Part shown: positions 38,856 through 49,047 of the stretch, in pieces
How positions within the stretch are numbered: position 1 is the first letter of the stretch
Layout of the letters: each line of letters begins with the position of its first letter
Virus record (IMG/VR): IMGVR_UViG_3300034050_000451
Coordinates: 206,866 to 270,865 of that record
DNA: 64,000 nucleotides
Reading direction: 5' to 3' (one strand)
Translations under genes and position numbers: made by a program
Notes under the pieces: model-generated
What the model was told of the DNA's origin: nothing
What the model saw: the letters and a program-made list of their open reading frames with translations, nothing else
Database searches by the model: none

Positions 38856-40150
38856 TATACTTTATTTAGTTTAGGTAATTCCATTTTGTTTTTGTTTAAA
38901 TTTGGTAGGTTGAATGGTTTTACCTGCGGTATTCCCTTTTCATATCTTTCCATCATTTGTTTAAAAACTTCATGCATTTTTTCTAATGTAAAATTCTTTA
39001 ATGTGTTGGATTTTAATCCAGCCGATTGTTTTAAATGTACATCGTAATCATTAAATACCTTATATAATTTGTTGGCCGCATCTGAGTAGTTTACACTAAA
39101 CCATTGTGCATTTGCTAATATAAATGTATCAACTGCGGATTCATCAATATTTGTTAATGAACCCTCTAAAAATATAGTGTGTTCTTTTGGTAAGAAATCC
39201 ATTTGTCCGCTCCACCCAGAAACAACAATTGGTTTACCGGTCATAGTGAATTCAGCTAATGGTCTACCATATCCTTCACCTTTAGTAAATGAAACCATTG
39301 CTTTAACTTTTGGATGATGGTATAATGATGCCATTTCATCATCAGTTAAATCACCATGTAAAAGATATACTTTAGGTGCATCCTTACCAAATGGTTTTAA
39401 TATATTATCAATCTTATCTCTTGTAGCTTCTCTATCCATTACTGAAAATCCAGCATGTGAGGTTTTCATAATAAGACCAGGTCTTTTATCTTTAGGTAGA
39501 TATTTGAATACTGTAGCGAATGTTTTAATAACCATACCTACATCTTTCCTATCTTGCCCTAAATTTCCCTTTAACCAATGCCCAACAAATAAGAAATTAA
39601 AATCAGTTTCTAATTTATCTAACTCAGTTAATGAGTTGACCGGGTTTGAGTAAATTTCAGTATTTACACCTTCGAACAAAACTTCAACTGGTTTACTAAT
39701 TCTGAACTCATTTACTATCTGCCCCGTTTGATTATTTTTTTCTTGATATGCAGTACCTAACATCAAATTCTTTGTGAATTGAGATGGTACTATAACCATA
39801 TCCATTTTATTTGAACCATCAATAAATTCCTTTGGTAAAATAGTAGTTTCTACACCAGCAGTAATACCAATGTTAAAATTACCCTTTGCTTCAAATTCAT
39901 TAGCAACGGACATCTGCATAAAGATATCCGGCTTTCGGTTCAATTCGGTAATTACATTTGCAAATACCTTTTTACCAAATTCAGTTGTTTGGTCAACTTG
40001 ATTTTGTGGAGTATTTCCCCATCTGGTTGGTACAACTTTAACATCGTACTTATCCATTTCAAATAAGCTTCGTAAGATATCTCTCGCATGGTCACCATAA
40101 CCACTTCGAGTGAATACTGGAGCTTGATATACTAATAATGGTTTATTCAT
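38855..40150 (-). CDS. GT4-like glycosyltransferase
   Basis: SGYG, RKDVG, KGEGYGRPLAE. Confidence 0.85.
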   Translation of the reverse strand: MNKPLLVYQAPVFTRSGYGDHARDILRSLFEMDKYDVKVVPTRWGNTPQNQVDQTTEFGKKVFANVITELNRKPDIFMQMSVANEFEAKGNFNIGITAGVETTILPKEFIDGSNKMDMVIVPSQFTKNLMLGTAYQEKNNQTGQIVNEFRISKPVEVLFEGVNTEIYSNPVNSLTELDKLETDFNFLFVGHWLKGNLGQDRKDVGMVIKTFATVFKYLPKDKRPGLIMKTSHAGFSVMDREATRDKIDNILKPFGKDAPKVYLLHGDLTDDEMASLYHHPKVKAMVSFTKGEGYGRPLAEFTMTGKPIVVSGWSGQMDFLPKEHTIFLEGSLTNIDESAVDTFILANAQWFSVNYSDAANKLYKVFNDYDVHLKQSAGLKSNTLKNFTLEKMHEVFKQMMERYEKGIPQVKPFNLPNLNKNKMELPKLNKV

Positions 40151-40167
40151 AACTTTTTATTTTCTTC

Positions 40168-41559
40168 TTAATTCAATTTAAATAGTTCGTATGATTTACG
40201 AGGTTTCCAATTTTCAAAGGTTCCTTCCATTCCATCAACTAATGTTTTACACATATTTTCTGAACTTAATCCTATTTCACCAATGAAAGCTTCTCTTCCC
40301 TTTAATCCATTCTCTAAAAGAGTTTCTTTTGGTGTATTGTACATATCCATCATTGCTTTAGCAACATCATAGATATCAACTTTATCATCCCAAATATATG
40401 GTGTTGGAACTGAACCTGTTAATGATTGTGCTCTACTCCATACAGGTCTAACCCAAGGTCCTGGTTCTAATTTATCTTCCCAATCTCTCCAATTGTGAAG
40501 TGAACCAATTTTGATATAATCTTCCGAATTAACCAATTTTCCACTATCTTTATACCTAAAACCACATTGGTCTTGCAAACCACCAGTTACGTTTACGATA
40601 ATTGGGGTACCAGCCATTATAGATTCAGCGGTTGTTAATCCAAATCCCTCATTACCAGCGATATTGATTGTTACATCAGCCATATTGTATAGGTAATTTA
40701 ATTCATTTGTAGTTCTACGTTTATCTGAAAATATAACGTTACAATTTGGTGCTAATGTACTATAAACCGTTGGTAAATCGGTACCATTTTCATCGATAGG
40801 TTGTGTGTGCATCACTAAGCAAACTTTAGATGCTTTTTCTTCACCCAATTCCTCACAAAATTGTTTAAATGCCATAATAACATCAGATGGTTGTTTTCTA
40901 CGAATATTTCGGTTTGACCAAAAGAATACAAAATCATATTCTTTACCACCTAATATCTCAGAACGAAATTCGGCTGGTACTTCTGTTGGGAAATATTCTT
41001 TTGAATTAATACCATGTGGTACATAGGATACCTGCCAATCTGAATGAGGTTTCCAAGTTGGCTTGTCCGTTAATGCGGTTAAACGGGATACGATACCATA
41101 GGTTTGACGAGAAATGCATCCAATCCAATCACAACTTTCGTAATAGTTACGATTATATAATGGGTCTGGTAAATCATCCCAAATAGCGTAAAACATAATT
41201 GGAACATTTTGTCTAATCTCATGCTCCATCTCATATAACCAAATCCAATATCTCGGGTCGGTAAAGTGTAATATAGCATCAGGTTGTTCAGCGTTGATTA
41301 ATTGTCTAACCAATCCAGCATCACCATATCCAGTCCAAGGTAGTATTTTAACACTAGCATCTGCTACACCAGTTTGAGCGGCAACATCAACAGATACATC
41401 CAATACTTTACCTTGCTCAGGGTGATTAATTGCGGCTCCTACTTGGAACCAATCGTACTTGTCAACAGTACCCATTACTAATGCTTTGCTCATAGTGGCA
41501 ATACCACTTGCCATTCGCAAATCATCAGAAAGCAATAAAATCTTTTTCTTTTTATTCAT
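40168..41559 (-). CDS. GT4-like glycosyltransferase
   Basis: PHG, NRNIRRK, NEGFGL..AES, TGGLQDQ. Confidence 0.88.
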   Translation of the reverse strand: MNKKKKILLLSDDLRMASGIATMSKALVMGTVDKYDWFQVGAAINHPEQGKVLDVSVDVAAQTGVADASVKILPWTGYGDAGLVRQLINAEQPDAILHFTDPRYWIWLYEMEHEIRQNVPIMFYAIWDDLPDPLYNRNYYESCDWIGCISRQTYGIVSRLTALTDKPTWKPHSDWQVSYVPHGINSKEYFPTEVPAEFRSEILGGKEYDFVFFWSNRNIRRKQPSDVIMAFKQFCEELGEEKASKVCLVMHTQPIDENGTDLPTVYSTLAPNCNVIFSDKRRTTNELNYLYNMADVTINIAGNEGFGLTTAESIMAGTPIIVNVTGGLQDQCGFRYKDSGKLVNSEDYIKIGSLHNWRDWEDKLEPGPWVRPVWSRAQSLTGSVPTPYIWDDKVDIYDVAKAMMDMYNTPKETLLENGLKGREAFIGEIGLSSENMCKTLVDGMEGTFENWKPRKSYELFKLN

Positions 41560-41582
41560 AACTTATTGAAATAACTTTTTTT

Positions 41583-41780
41583 TTAAAATTGAGAACCAGA
41601 GATTTGTAATTTCAGATATTCGTTCATTTCGTTTCTGAATTTTTCATCTGTAACATATCTCTCTACAGTTCTATTTACTAATTTTTGTAAGGTAACATCC
41701 GATTCAAAAGATACACTTTTAAAATTCGAATATACTCCCTTTAGAATCTTAACAGTTGTTAATTTTGTTTGGGTTTCCAT
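41583..41780 (-). CDS. Ribbon-helix-helix-like small DNA-binding protein
   Basis: LTTVKI beta strand followed by two helices (TLQKLVNR). Confidence 0.5.
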   Translation of the reverse strand: METQTKLTTVKILKGVYSNFKSVSFESDVTLQKLVNRTVERYVTDEKFRNEMNEYLKLQISGSQF

Positions 41781-41829
41781 ATTGTTTATATTAATTTATA
41801 TATATAAGTATATGGATATTTATTTTTCG

Positions 41830-42696
41830 TTAAGAAATCCCATCACATAAACCTCGTTGGCCGAATTCACAAAATTTACAATTCTTTTTTCGTTCTCCGG
41901 GGTTTTTTGGATATGGAACATCTCTAAATTTACCCTCATCATCAAATACACTATTCACAAATTCCATAAACTCACCATATACTTTATTTACAGTTGGTTT
42001 TCCAGATGCAGGAATGTGTTTTGACATATATGGAATTGGAAATGGAGCCTCTTCAGGCATTTTCCTTCTCATAATCTGATACTCTACTTTGATTTTATCC
42101 AAAGGAATATTAAATAATTCAGAATAATATTTTTTATAGATTATAATCTGAGCGTTCTTTAACTTATCAGCTTTTTGGTACTTATTCCATCCCATTGTTG
42201 ATGTTTTTAAATCAATGATGATAATTTCACCAGTTGATAAATCTCTCATTACAATATCGATAAATCCAATAAGATATACACCTTCTTTAATAGGTGCATT
42301 AAGTGGAATTTCAATTCCAACTAATTCAAACCCAGTTTTAGTGTAGAACTTATCTAATTTCTTTTTGAACCACTCAAGGATTCTTCTACCATCACCATAG
42401 AACTCTTCTAACTCCAATTGGGTACATATTACACCCGAACTAAGTTTTTCAGTTTCTTTGATATATTCTTTACGCATCCATTCTAATAATAACTTATCAG
42501 TATCAATTAGTTCCGCTTGCTTTTTAGAAACCCCATACATAACCGAAAGGAAATGTTGGATTGTTTCGTGCATTGCGGTTCCAAAGAGTGTATGAATATT
42601 GGCAGAACTTTCACCCAACTTATCGATGTATCTCAACTTATATTGTTGAGGACATGAACTCCATGTTGAGAATTGTGAAAAACTTACTTTTGCCAT
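41830..42696 (-). CDS. PD-(D/E)XK (RecB/Cas4-like) exonuclease
   Basis: SFSQ, CP, GTAMH, GFID, DLKT, Q...Y, CKFC..C. Confidence 0.85.
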   Translation of the reverse strand: MAKVSFSQFSTWSSCPQQYKLRYIDKLGESSANIHTLFGTAMHETIQHFLSVMYGVSKKQAELIDTDKLLLEWMRKEYIKETEKLSSGVICTQLELEEFYGDGRRILEWFKKKLDKFYTKTGFELVGIEIPLNAPIKEGVYLIGFIDIVMRDLSTGEIIIIDLKTSTMGWNKYQKADKLKNAQIIIYKKYYSELFNIPLDKIKVEYQIMRRKMPEEAPFPIPYMSKHIPASGKPTVNKVYGEFMEFVNSVFDDEGKFRDVPYPKNPGERKKNCKFCEFGQRGLCDGIS

Positions 42697-42760
42697 AACT
42701 TTAATTTTATATTACAAATATACAAAAAAAGTTTGGATTTTCCAAACTTTAATTGATTTA

Positions 42761-43210
42761 TTATACGTTTATTTTTAGTTTTTTTATCACTTTTGGGTCT
42801 GTCCCATAGTTTTCAGCCAACTCAATAATTTTTTGTTTACCAGTGTGAGATGCATATAATATCTTTAGATAATCTTCTGCTTCTATCTTTGATACTTCAT
42901 AGTTTTTAGCTACCAAATCTATTAACCATCCCTCATACTTATCAGCACCCTTTGGTTTGATGTATTTCATAAAATGTCTACCCTTTGGGAGTAAATCAAT
43001 TAAAGCCAAATACATTGCTTTAGGTGGTACTTCCTGAAGATATGGTTGAACACTAGCGATAGTTTCTACCCACTCATATTTCATAGATAGAAAACGGAGT
43101 ACCATATAGTTTGACCAGGTCTTACGGTCACTCTCATCCAATGTATCCCAATACTTAGGGTTTTGAACATTGGTTATTTGTGTAATATGGTCAAAAAGGG
43201 TAGCTGCCAT
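42761..43210 (-). CDS. Clamp-loader small subunit (T4 gp62-like)
   Basis: LFD.I..I, YMVLRFLSM, KYIK; synteny with gp44. Confidence 0.7.
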   Translation of the reverse strand: MAATLFDHITQITNVQNPKYWDTLDESDRKTWSNYMVLRFLSMKYEWVETIASVQPYLQEVPPKAMYLALIDLLPKGRHFMKYIKPKGADKYEGWLIDLVAKNYEVSKIEAEDYLKILYASHTGKQKIIELAENYGTDPKVIKKLKINV

Positions 43211-43524
43211 TACTTAGTTTGTTCGTTTGTATTTTGCTTATCTAATTGTTCTAATACTCTCAATTCAGGTGGCATCAATTCCTCACATACTTCACCACAA
43301 TTACCACAAATAAAGATATCAATTGGGATAACTACATCTTGTGGTGTTCCAGTTAGTAACTTTGATATTTTTCTAAACTTACCACCAGTTACAAATGTAT
43401 CGTATCCACATTTTTCACATAAGATTGGTTTAGATTTACCTATATCTATTTTTGGTCCACCAGCTTGCGCTTCAGCTGATGGTTTTTGTGGTTTCCCACT
43501 ATTCATTCCTAATACTTTCGCCAT
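43210..43524 (-). CDS. Zinc-ribbon protein
   Basis: CEKCG...CGNCG. Confidence 0.7.
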   Translation of the reverse strand: MAKVLGMNSGKPQKPSAEAQAGGPKIDIGKSKPILCEKCGYDTFVTGGKFRKISKLLTGTPQDVVIPIDIFICGNCGEVCEELMPPELRVLEQLDKQNTNEQTK

Positions 43525-44471
43525 TATACTAAATTTAAAATTTCAATTAAACACGCTGCCATTGGGATTTCCTTATCAATTGAATTGAAATGGTTACTTT
43601 GCCCTTGTGATAATGCAATAATAACATTTGCTGTGTTAGATGGAGCGTATTCATCTACCTTATCATATAATAATGTAAACAATTCAGTAAAGTCAGTAAC
43701 TCTACTATCAATAATTGTTTGCCTCATATTCATATACTTATTTCTCTTATCATCTTTTGATTTAAGAATATCCAAAACTTTCATTTTGTAATCGTTTTCC
43801 AATAGATTTTTTGTATCTACTTTCAACTCACCTTTTACTGAATTTAATTGACAGGTATTGATAATCTTACGAATATCAGGATACCCAGCATCAATAATTG
43901 GTACCAAATCTTTAACTTCGAATTTTACTCCTTCATTGTTAAGGATTTTACTAACCTGTACTGCAACATCTTTTTTAGTTGGAGGTACAATTTGGAAAGT
44001 TTGGCAACGAGATTGAATCGGGTCAATTACCTTCTCAACATAATTACAAGTCAAAATGAATCTACAATGTCCACTAAACGTTTCCATTAAGTTACGAAGA
44101 ATTGCCTGTGCATTTTGAGTCATATAATCAAACTCATCCAAAATTACAATCTTCCATTTCTTAAAACCCTGTGATGATGCAAAGTTGGTAACTTTATTAC
44201 GAACTGTCTCCACATTGTTTTCAGATGATGCGTTTATAATCATATAATCACATTCAATTGATTTTACAATCAATTTTGCTAATGTAGTTTTACCCGTACC
44301 AGCTCTACCATACAATAAAAGATGTGGTACATCACCAGTTTCTAAATAACCCGCTACCTTTGCTTTAAGGTGTTCGTTACCTACATAATCATCTAATCGA
44401 GTAGGTCTATATGATTCAACCCACAATGAATTATCTACTTTTTCTTCTATACTTTGTTCGAAAAATGCCAT
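43524..44471 (-). CDS. Clamp-loader ATPase subunit (gp44/RFC-like)
   Basis: LWVESYRP, GRAGTGKT, LDEFD, SRC. Confidence 0.95.
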   Translation of the reverse strand: MAFFEQSIEEKVDNSLWVESYRPTRLDDYVGNEHLKAKVAGYLETGDVPHLLLYGRAGTGKTTLAKLIVKSIECDYMIINASSENNVETVRNKVTNFASSQGFKKWKIVILDEFDYMTQNAQAILRNLMETFSGHCRFILTCNYVEKVIDPIQSRCQTFQIVPPTKKDVAVQVSKILNNEGVKFEVKDLVPIIDAGYPDIRKIINTCQLNSVKGELKVDTKNLLENDYKMKVLDILKSKDDKRNKYMNMRQTIIDSRVTDFTELFTLLYDKVDEYAPSNTANVIIALSQGQSNHFNSIDKEIPMAACLIEILNLV

Positions 44472-44487
44472 TTTGTTTTTTTATTTA

Positions 44488-45708
44488 TTATCTACCTACT
44501 TCACTCAATCTCTGAGCCTTAAAATCTTCCCATTCTACACCAATACCATCTATGTAATATAAATGTTCCGGTTTTAATCTACCTTCATCATGCAACTTAG
44601 AATATCTCTTAATTGCCTGTCTTTTCCACCACTTATTAATGTAATCATATCCTTCAGCGAACTTTGGTTTCATTACCAATTCAGATTCTTCAATTTCTGA
44701 ACGTAGGAACTCAGGTCCATTTTCATAAATCATAGCGAGATATACACCTCGTTTAAACCCATGATGATATTCATTTGCTTTAATGTTACATTCTTTGAAT
44801 ATCTGTCCCAAAATCTTTTGTTTAATACCACTTACAGGTCCACTAGCTCCTTCACCAGTACCCATATTAGCCCCATTACGGATTCGTTCGTTTGTGATAG
44901 CAGTTTGATACCACTCTGCACGATTTTCCTTAATCCATTGATGCCAAGGGTCATAGAATTTATCATCCGGCTTTAAACTAATTTTACCAGCTGATTCACC
45001 TAATGTTTTAAAGTGAGGAATTCCATTGTATTGTGAATGTATTCCATAAAGGGAAGTTGTACCAACTGCTATTAGAGTTTGTCCGTACTTCTTTTTCCAA
45101 AATTCCCTAACTTCCGGAACCGTAGTCATCATTGCGGTTAACTTACCCCCTAAGAAGTTGTAACCAAGTGGCTGAGTACATACAATAGATGATGCAATAG
45201 TTGTATAGTTAAGTTTACCTTTAGCAAATTTATCTTCCTTAGTCCAACCAATGTAGTTATCTCTAACACCCATTGCGGTTACATCGGATGCTAATGAAAC
45301 TAATCCTAACAATTTACCACTATTCCTATCTTTTATAAATATCTTCACATTTCGACCAGGATTTGCTGTCCAACTCATTGTGTGAATCATTTTACGAACA
45401 TAAGTCCATTTGGTAGATTGTACTGCATCATCTTCAACAATCTCAACATAAGGGTCTAACTCTTCGATTTCTCTAATAGTTAGTTCCTTATTATTGATAT
45501 CAGTTGGTTTCCATTGAGTATCATATAGAGATGCCATTTGGGATTTATCCCTAAACATAGATTCCTCCTGCAACTCTACCCATTTTTTGTATAAGGTTTG
45601 TTCTTCTACACTCATTGTCATAAGGTAGTTCATATTTTCGATGAGTTTTTGTTTCTCATCTTCAAATACAAATATTGGTTTTTGCGGTTCGGTATCCCAA
45701 AAGCTCAT
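44488..45708 (-). CDS. DUF4338 (DruA-like) protein
   Basis: PGRN, LGGKL.A, TTSLYG..SQYN, G.S.G, H...RGVY. Confidence 0.7.
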   Translation of the reverse strand: MSFWDTEPQKPIFVFEDEKQKLIENMNYLMTMSVEEQTLYKKWVELQEESMFRDKSQMASLYDTQWKPTDINNKELTIREIEELDPYVEIVEDDAVQSTKWTYVRKMIHTMSWTANPGRNVKIFIKDRNSGKLLGLVSLASDVTAMGVRDNYIGWTKEDKFAKGKLNYTTIASSIVCTQPLGYNFLGGKLTAMMTTVPEVREFWKKKYGQTLIAVGTTSLYGIHSQYNGIPHFKTLGESAGKISLKPDDKFYDPWHQWIKENRAEWYQTAITNERIRNGANMGTGEGASGPVSGIKQKILGQIFKECNIKANEYHHGFKRGVYLAMIYENGPEFLRSEIEESELVMKPKFAEGYDYINKWWKRQAIKRYSKLHDEGRLKPEHLYYIDGIGVEWEDFKAQRLSEVGR

Positions 45709-45728
45709 ATGCTACTTTTTAGTTGTTA

Positions 45729-46424
45729 TTATTTAATCTCTACTAAGTAATAATTTGATACATAGTCACCATCGGTAAATGATAACGTTGCCAATCCCTG
45801 TGATGAGATTTGTAATGATGAGGTTGTTGAACCTCTATTAGCCATTAAGATAGCTTTTAGGTATTTTGCTGAGAATGCAATTGCATCCACATTACCTTCA
45901 CATTTACAATCTACACCAATTGAGATTCGGTTAGAGTTTATTGATGAGTATCCTAAGATAATTTCACCTTTACCATCTTTACAAGTGAATGTAAATGTAT
46001 CAGCGTCAGCTAATGCTCCTTTAGATTTGATGAATTTATTAATAAACTCATTATCTAATGTAATATTTACATTGAATGGTGGAAGTGCTTTCAAGTCAGG
46101 TACCGATGGGATAACTGATGGTGCTGCCAACATATACTGAACTTTTGTTCCTTTATCAGAGAACTTCAATGCCCCAGTAACTTCCTCAACAGTGATACCA
46201 TTATCTAATACACTTAACAAACCTCTTAATTGAGATGTGGTGTAAATACCGAACTCACCATTTGGGAATTCCGATTCTACTACACTTACATCACCTAATA
46301 AGGTTTTGTCATCTGAAATCATTCTAACTGATACGCTTGTATCATCTGATTTTAACATTACTGATTCTACTTCACCACCAAGGTTGTAACGATTGATGAA
46401 GCCATCTAATTTTAATTTTTCCAT
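45729..46424 (-). CDS. Sliding clamp (gp45-like)
   Basis: FGIY...L...LS, size and position between clamp loader and polymerase. Confidence 0.8.
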   Translation of the reverse strand: MEKLKLDGFINRYNLGGEVESVMLKSDDTSVSVRMISDDKTLLGDVSVVESEFPNGEFGIYTTSQLRGLLSVLDNGITVEEVTGALKFSDKGTKVQYMLAAPSVIPSVPDLKALPPFNVNITLDNEFINKFIKSKGALADADTFTFTCKDGKGEIILGYSSINSNRISIGVDCKCEGNVDAIAFSAKYLKAILMANRGSTTSSLQISSQGLATLSFTDGDYVSNYYLVEIK

Positions 46425-46488
46425 AATTTAATTTTAAGTTTTACTTTTTTGTTATACAAATATACGAATTATTTTCCACATTTCCAAA

Positions 46489-49005
46489 TTAAAATGCAAA
46501 AAACTTTTCTGCTGTTTTGGTTGAGGATAAAACCTCTCCCCAATTTAATGCTCCATAGAAATCTTCCAATTTCTTAAGGAGTTCCCTTTCAAAGATTTTA
46601 TCATAATCAATGTAGGTAGTTACTAAGTCCATAATTTCTTTTGGGTCACTATAACCATTTAATCCAACTGCATCTAATCCAAATGGGTTTTGTTTAAGAT
46701 ATACCCATTTAATTTTATCACCATCTTTTAATGGTGCAAATTGATTTTCTAAACCAAAATGAATTAATAGTTGATTATATGCAATAGATGCTTTAACGTG
46801 TGCTGGGCAACCTGATGGGAATTGAAACATTGCCGTTTGTTGTTTCTTCTTTGGCATGTACTTTGTTAAGTTTTTAACTGCTCCGGCTTTAGCAATCTTA
46901 ACAACATCCATATTAACCAATTCTTTTTTGAAATTATAAACTTTATCAGTTATTTGGGTTTCCGTATCACCTCTAAGAATTTCAATTAATATTTCTCCCA
47001 TAAACTTACGGAAAGCCGCTGGGTATGATGACCTAACCACATCTAATCCCTTTACATCCAATCTATCACAAGGTACACCATTATCGGAAATAATCCATTG
47101 TGCGTATCTCTTTTTAGCAATCCAAATACCAGCTTTTGATACGAATTCCTTTTTAATTTCAAATCTATGCTTATCAATGTTGAATACCCTTTTACCTAAG
47201 ATATCATAGAAGTCATTTAGGTAATTCTGCATCTCACCAGCTATATCATTTACATAACCAGCAATTACATCCTGCTCATCATTTTTCCAATTTGGAATTC
47301 GATGGTCTAAAAGAGGAACTGCGGAGAAAAATACCGAATCAGTATCAATATATATATTACTGTCAGCATCAGGAGTGCCAAGCTCCTTATTGTATTTGAT
47401 GTTAGCCATATCAGCTGTGCTTTTAATAACTGTCTGTCCCGTAGTGGTAACAGCGGTAGCATTATCAACATCATAGAACCTAAAGGCAGGAAGACCAAGC
47501 ACCCCATATAAAGAGTTAAGTAAAATTTTCTGAACCAGCTGGCGTTTTTTATAGAATGCGTACTTTTCTTTATCTCCCTCATCACCATATTTTTTTTCTA
47601 ATTTTCTAAATTCAACCCTTTGAGAGAACCATAAGTCCAATATATCAGGAATACAACCCGGTGTATCCGTTCTATACATAACACCATTTGATGCTACGGA
47701 ATATTTACTTTTCTCTAATAGAATTTTTAGATTTTCTTTTGTTATGTAATTATCACCAACTTTATACTCATTAACTTCACCTTTTAAGTATTTTTGTGCA
47801 TCCCAATCTTCCAACTTACCAACTTTGGTTTCTGGTGAGATATTGATACTCATAATGATTGATGGATATAGGGAAGTTAAATCCAAATCATAAATCCAAT
47901 CATATTTTCCAACAATAGGTGCTTTAACATATGCTCCAATGAATTTCTCTTCATTATTTTCCTTAAGAGCTTCCATTCTCTCTCTTCTATCAGCAGGTTT
48001 GTTAGGTGCTACAATGTTCTTTCTTTTAAGATAACATAATAATGCTCCTTCCAAATACTTTGATGAATATACGAAATCTTCATATGGAACGTGTCCTGCG
48101 TGGCAGATACCTCTAGCGGTATCTATGAATTGTAGTTTCTTATCAAAATCAACAACTAACTCAACATCGACTAAGTTATACTCAATAAACTTTTCAATAT
48201 CATCTCTGAATAAGATATCTAAGTTTCCTTCATATTCAATCTTACCCCTACCCAATTCTCTTTGAGCAATGGTATCTAATCTATATGAATCTAATTCTGA
48301 ATATGTGAAGTTTTTATAAAGTGAAAGGTAATCCAAATAAGATACACCTGCCATAAAATACCTTTTACGATATGGTGACCAAAAACACTGTCCAATTGGT
48401 GATAATCTATTTGCATGTCTTTCACCCAATAAACGTTTGATACGATTATATAACATTGGTGTATCGAAATAATCAATATTCCAACCAGTTACAATAGATG
48501 GATTTATATACTCATACAATTCCAAATATTTCATTAACATATCTTCTTCATGTGTAAACGGAATAACGATAGCTTTATCAGTTTTACGCTCTACCATTTG
48601 ACCTTTTTTATCCATTACTAATACCCAATATTGGTTAGTAGCAGAATCATGCAGTGCAATTGATGTTAATTCATTCTCTGCTTTTTCTGGGTCAGGTAAT
48701 CCACTCTCCATCTCACACTCAATATCATATGTAAGTGTAACGTGTCCTTCAGATGGAATATCCGAATTGGTGTACATATCTACTAAAACTCTCGTAGTTT
48801 CAGGTACATCTGATTCAAATAGTGTAGGGTCATCTCCTTTGAATTTATAAATCTTAGTCACCTTATCTCCATATAGAGTGGTGTACTCACCATTTACTGC
48901 TTTTTCATAAGCATATCGGGTATATGGAAAACTCCTATACCCTTGAGTATCATCCCACAAATGGACTAAGTTCTTTTCTCTTTGATAATATATGTTTGAA
49001 TACAA
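46489..49005 (-). CDS. Family B DNA polymerase (TTG start)
   Basis: DIE, GWN..FD exo motifs; DLTSLYPS, KILLNSLYG, YIDTDS, KKRY. Confidence 0.97.
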   Translation of the reverse strand: MYSNIYYQREKNLVHLWDDTQGYRSFPYTRYAYEKAVNGEYTTLYGDKVTKIYKFKGDDPTLFESDVPETTRVLVDMYTNSDIPSEGHVTLTYDIECEMESGLPDPEKAENELTSIALHDSATNQYWVLVMDKKGQMVERKTDKAIVIPFTHEEDMLMKYLELYEYINPSIVTGWNIDYFDTPMLYNRIKRLLGERHANRLSPIGQCFWSPYRKRYFMAGVSYLDYLSLYKNFTYSELDSYRLDTIAQRELGRGKIEYEGNLDILFRDDIEKFIEYNLVDVELVVDFDKKLQFIDTARGICHAGHVPYEDFVYSSKYLEGALLCYLKRKNIVAPNKPADRRERMEALKENNEEKFIGAYVKAPIVGKYDWIYDLDLTSLYPSIIMSINISPETKVGKLEDWDAQKYLKGEVNEYKVGDNYITKENLKILLEKSKYSVASNGVMYRTDTPGCIPDILDLWFSQRVEFRKLEKKYGDEGDKEKYAFYKKRQLVQKILLNSLYGVLGLPAFRFYDVDNATAVTTTGQTVIKSTADMANIKYNKELGTPDADSNIYIDTDSVFFSAVPLLDHRIPNWKNDEQDVIAGYVNDIAGEMQNYLNDFYDILGKRVFNIDKHRFEIKKEFVSKAGIWIAKKRYAQWIISDNGVPCDRLDVKGLDVVRSSYPAAFRKFMGEILIEILRGDTETQITDKVYNFKKELVNMDVVKIAKAGAVKNLTKYMPKKKQQTAMFQFPSGCPAHVKASIAYNQLLIHFGLENQFAPLKDGDKIKWVYLKQNPFGLDAVGLNGYSDPKEIMDLVTTYIDYDKIFERELLKKLEDFYGALNWGEVLSSTKTAEKFFAF

Positions 49006-49047
49006 ATTTCTTTTATTTAATTGTTCTACAAATATACGATAATTTTT

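Noticed and set aside
41830-42696. Cas4-like nuclease as evidence of a CRISPR system
   Set aside because: No repeat-spacer array or other cas genes seen; such nucleases are common in phage replication modules
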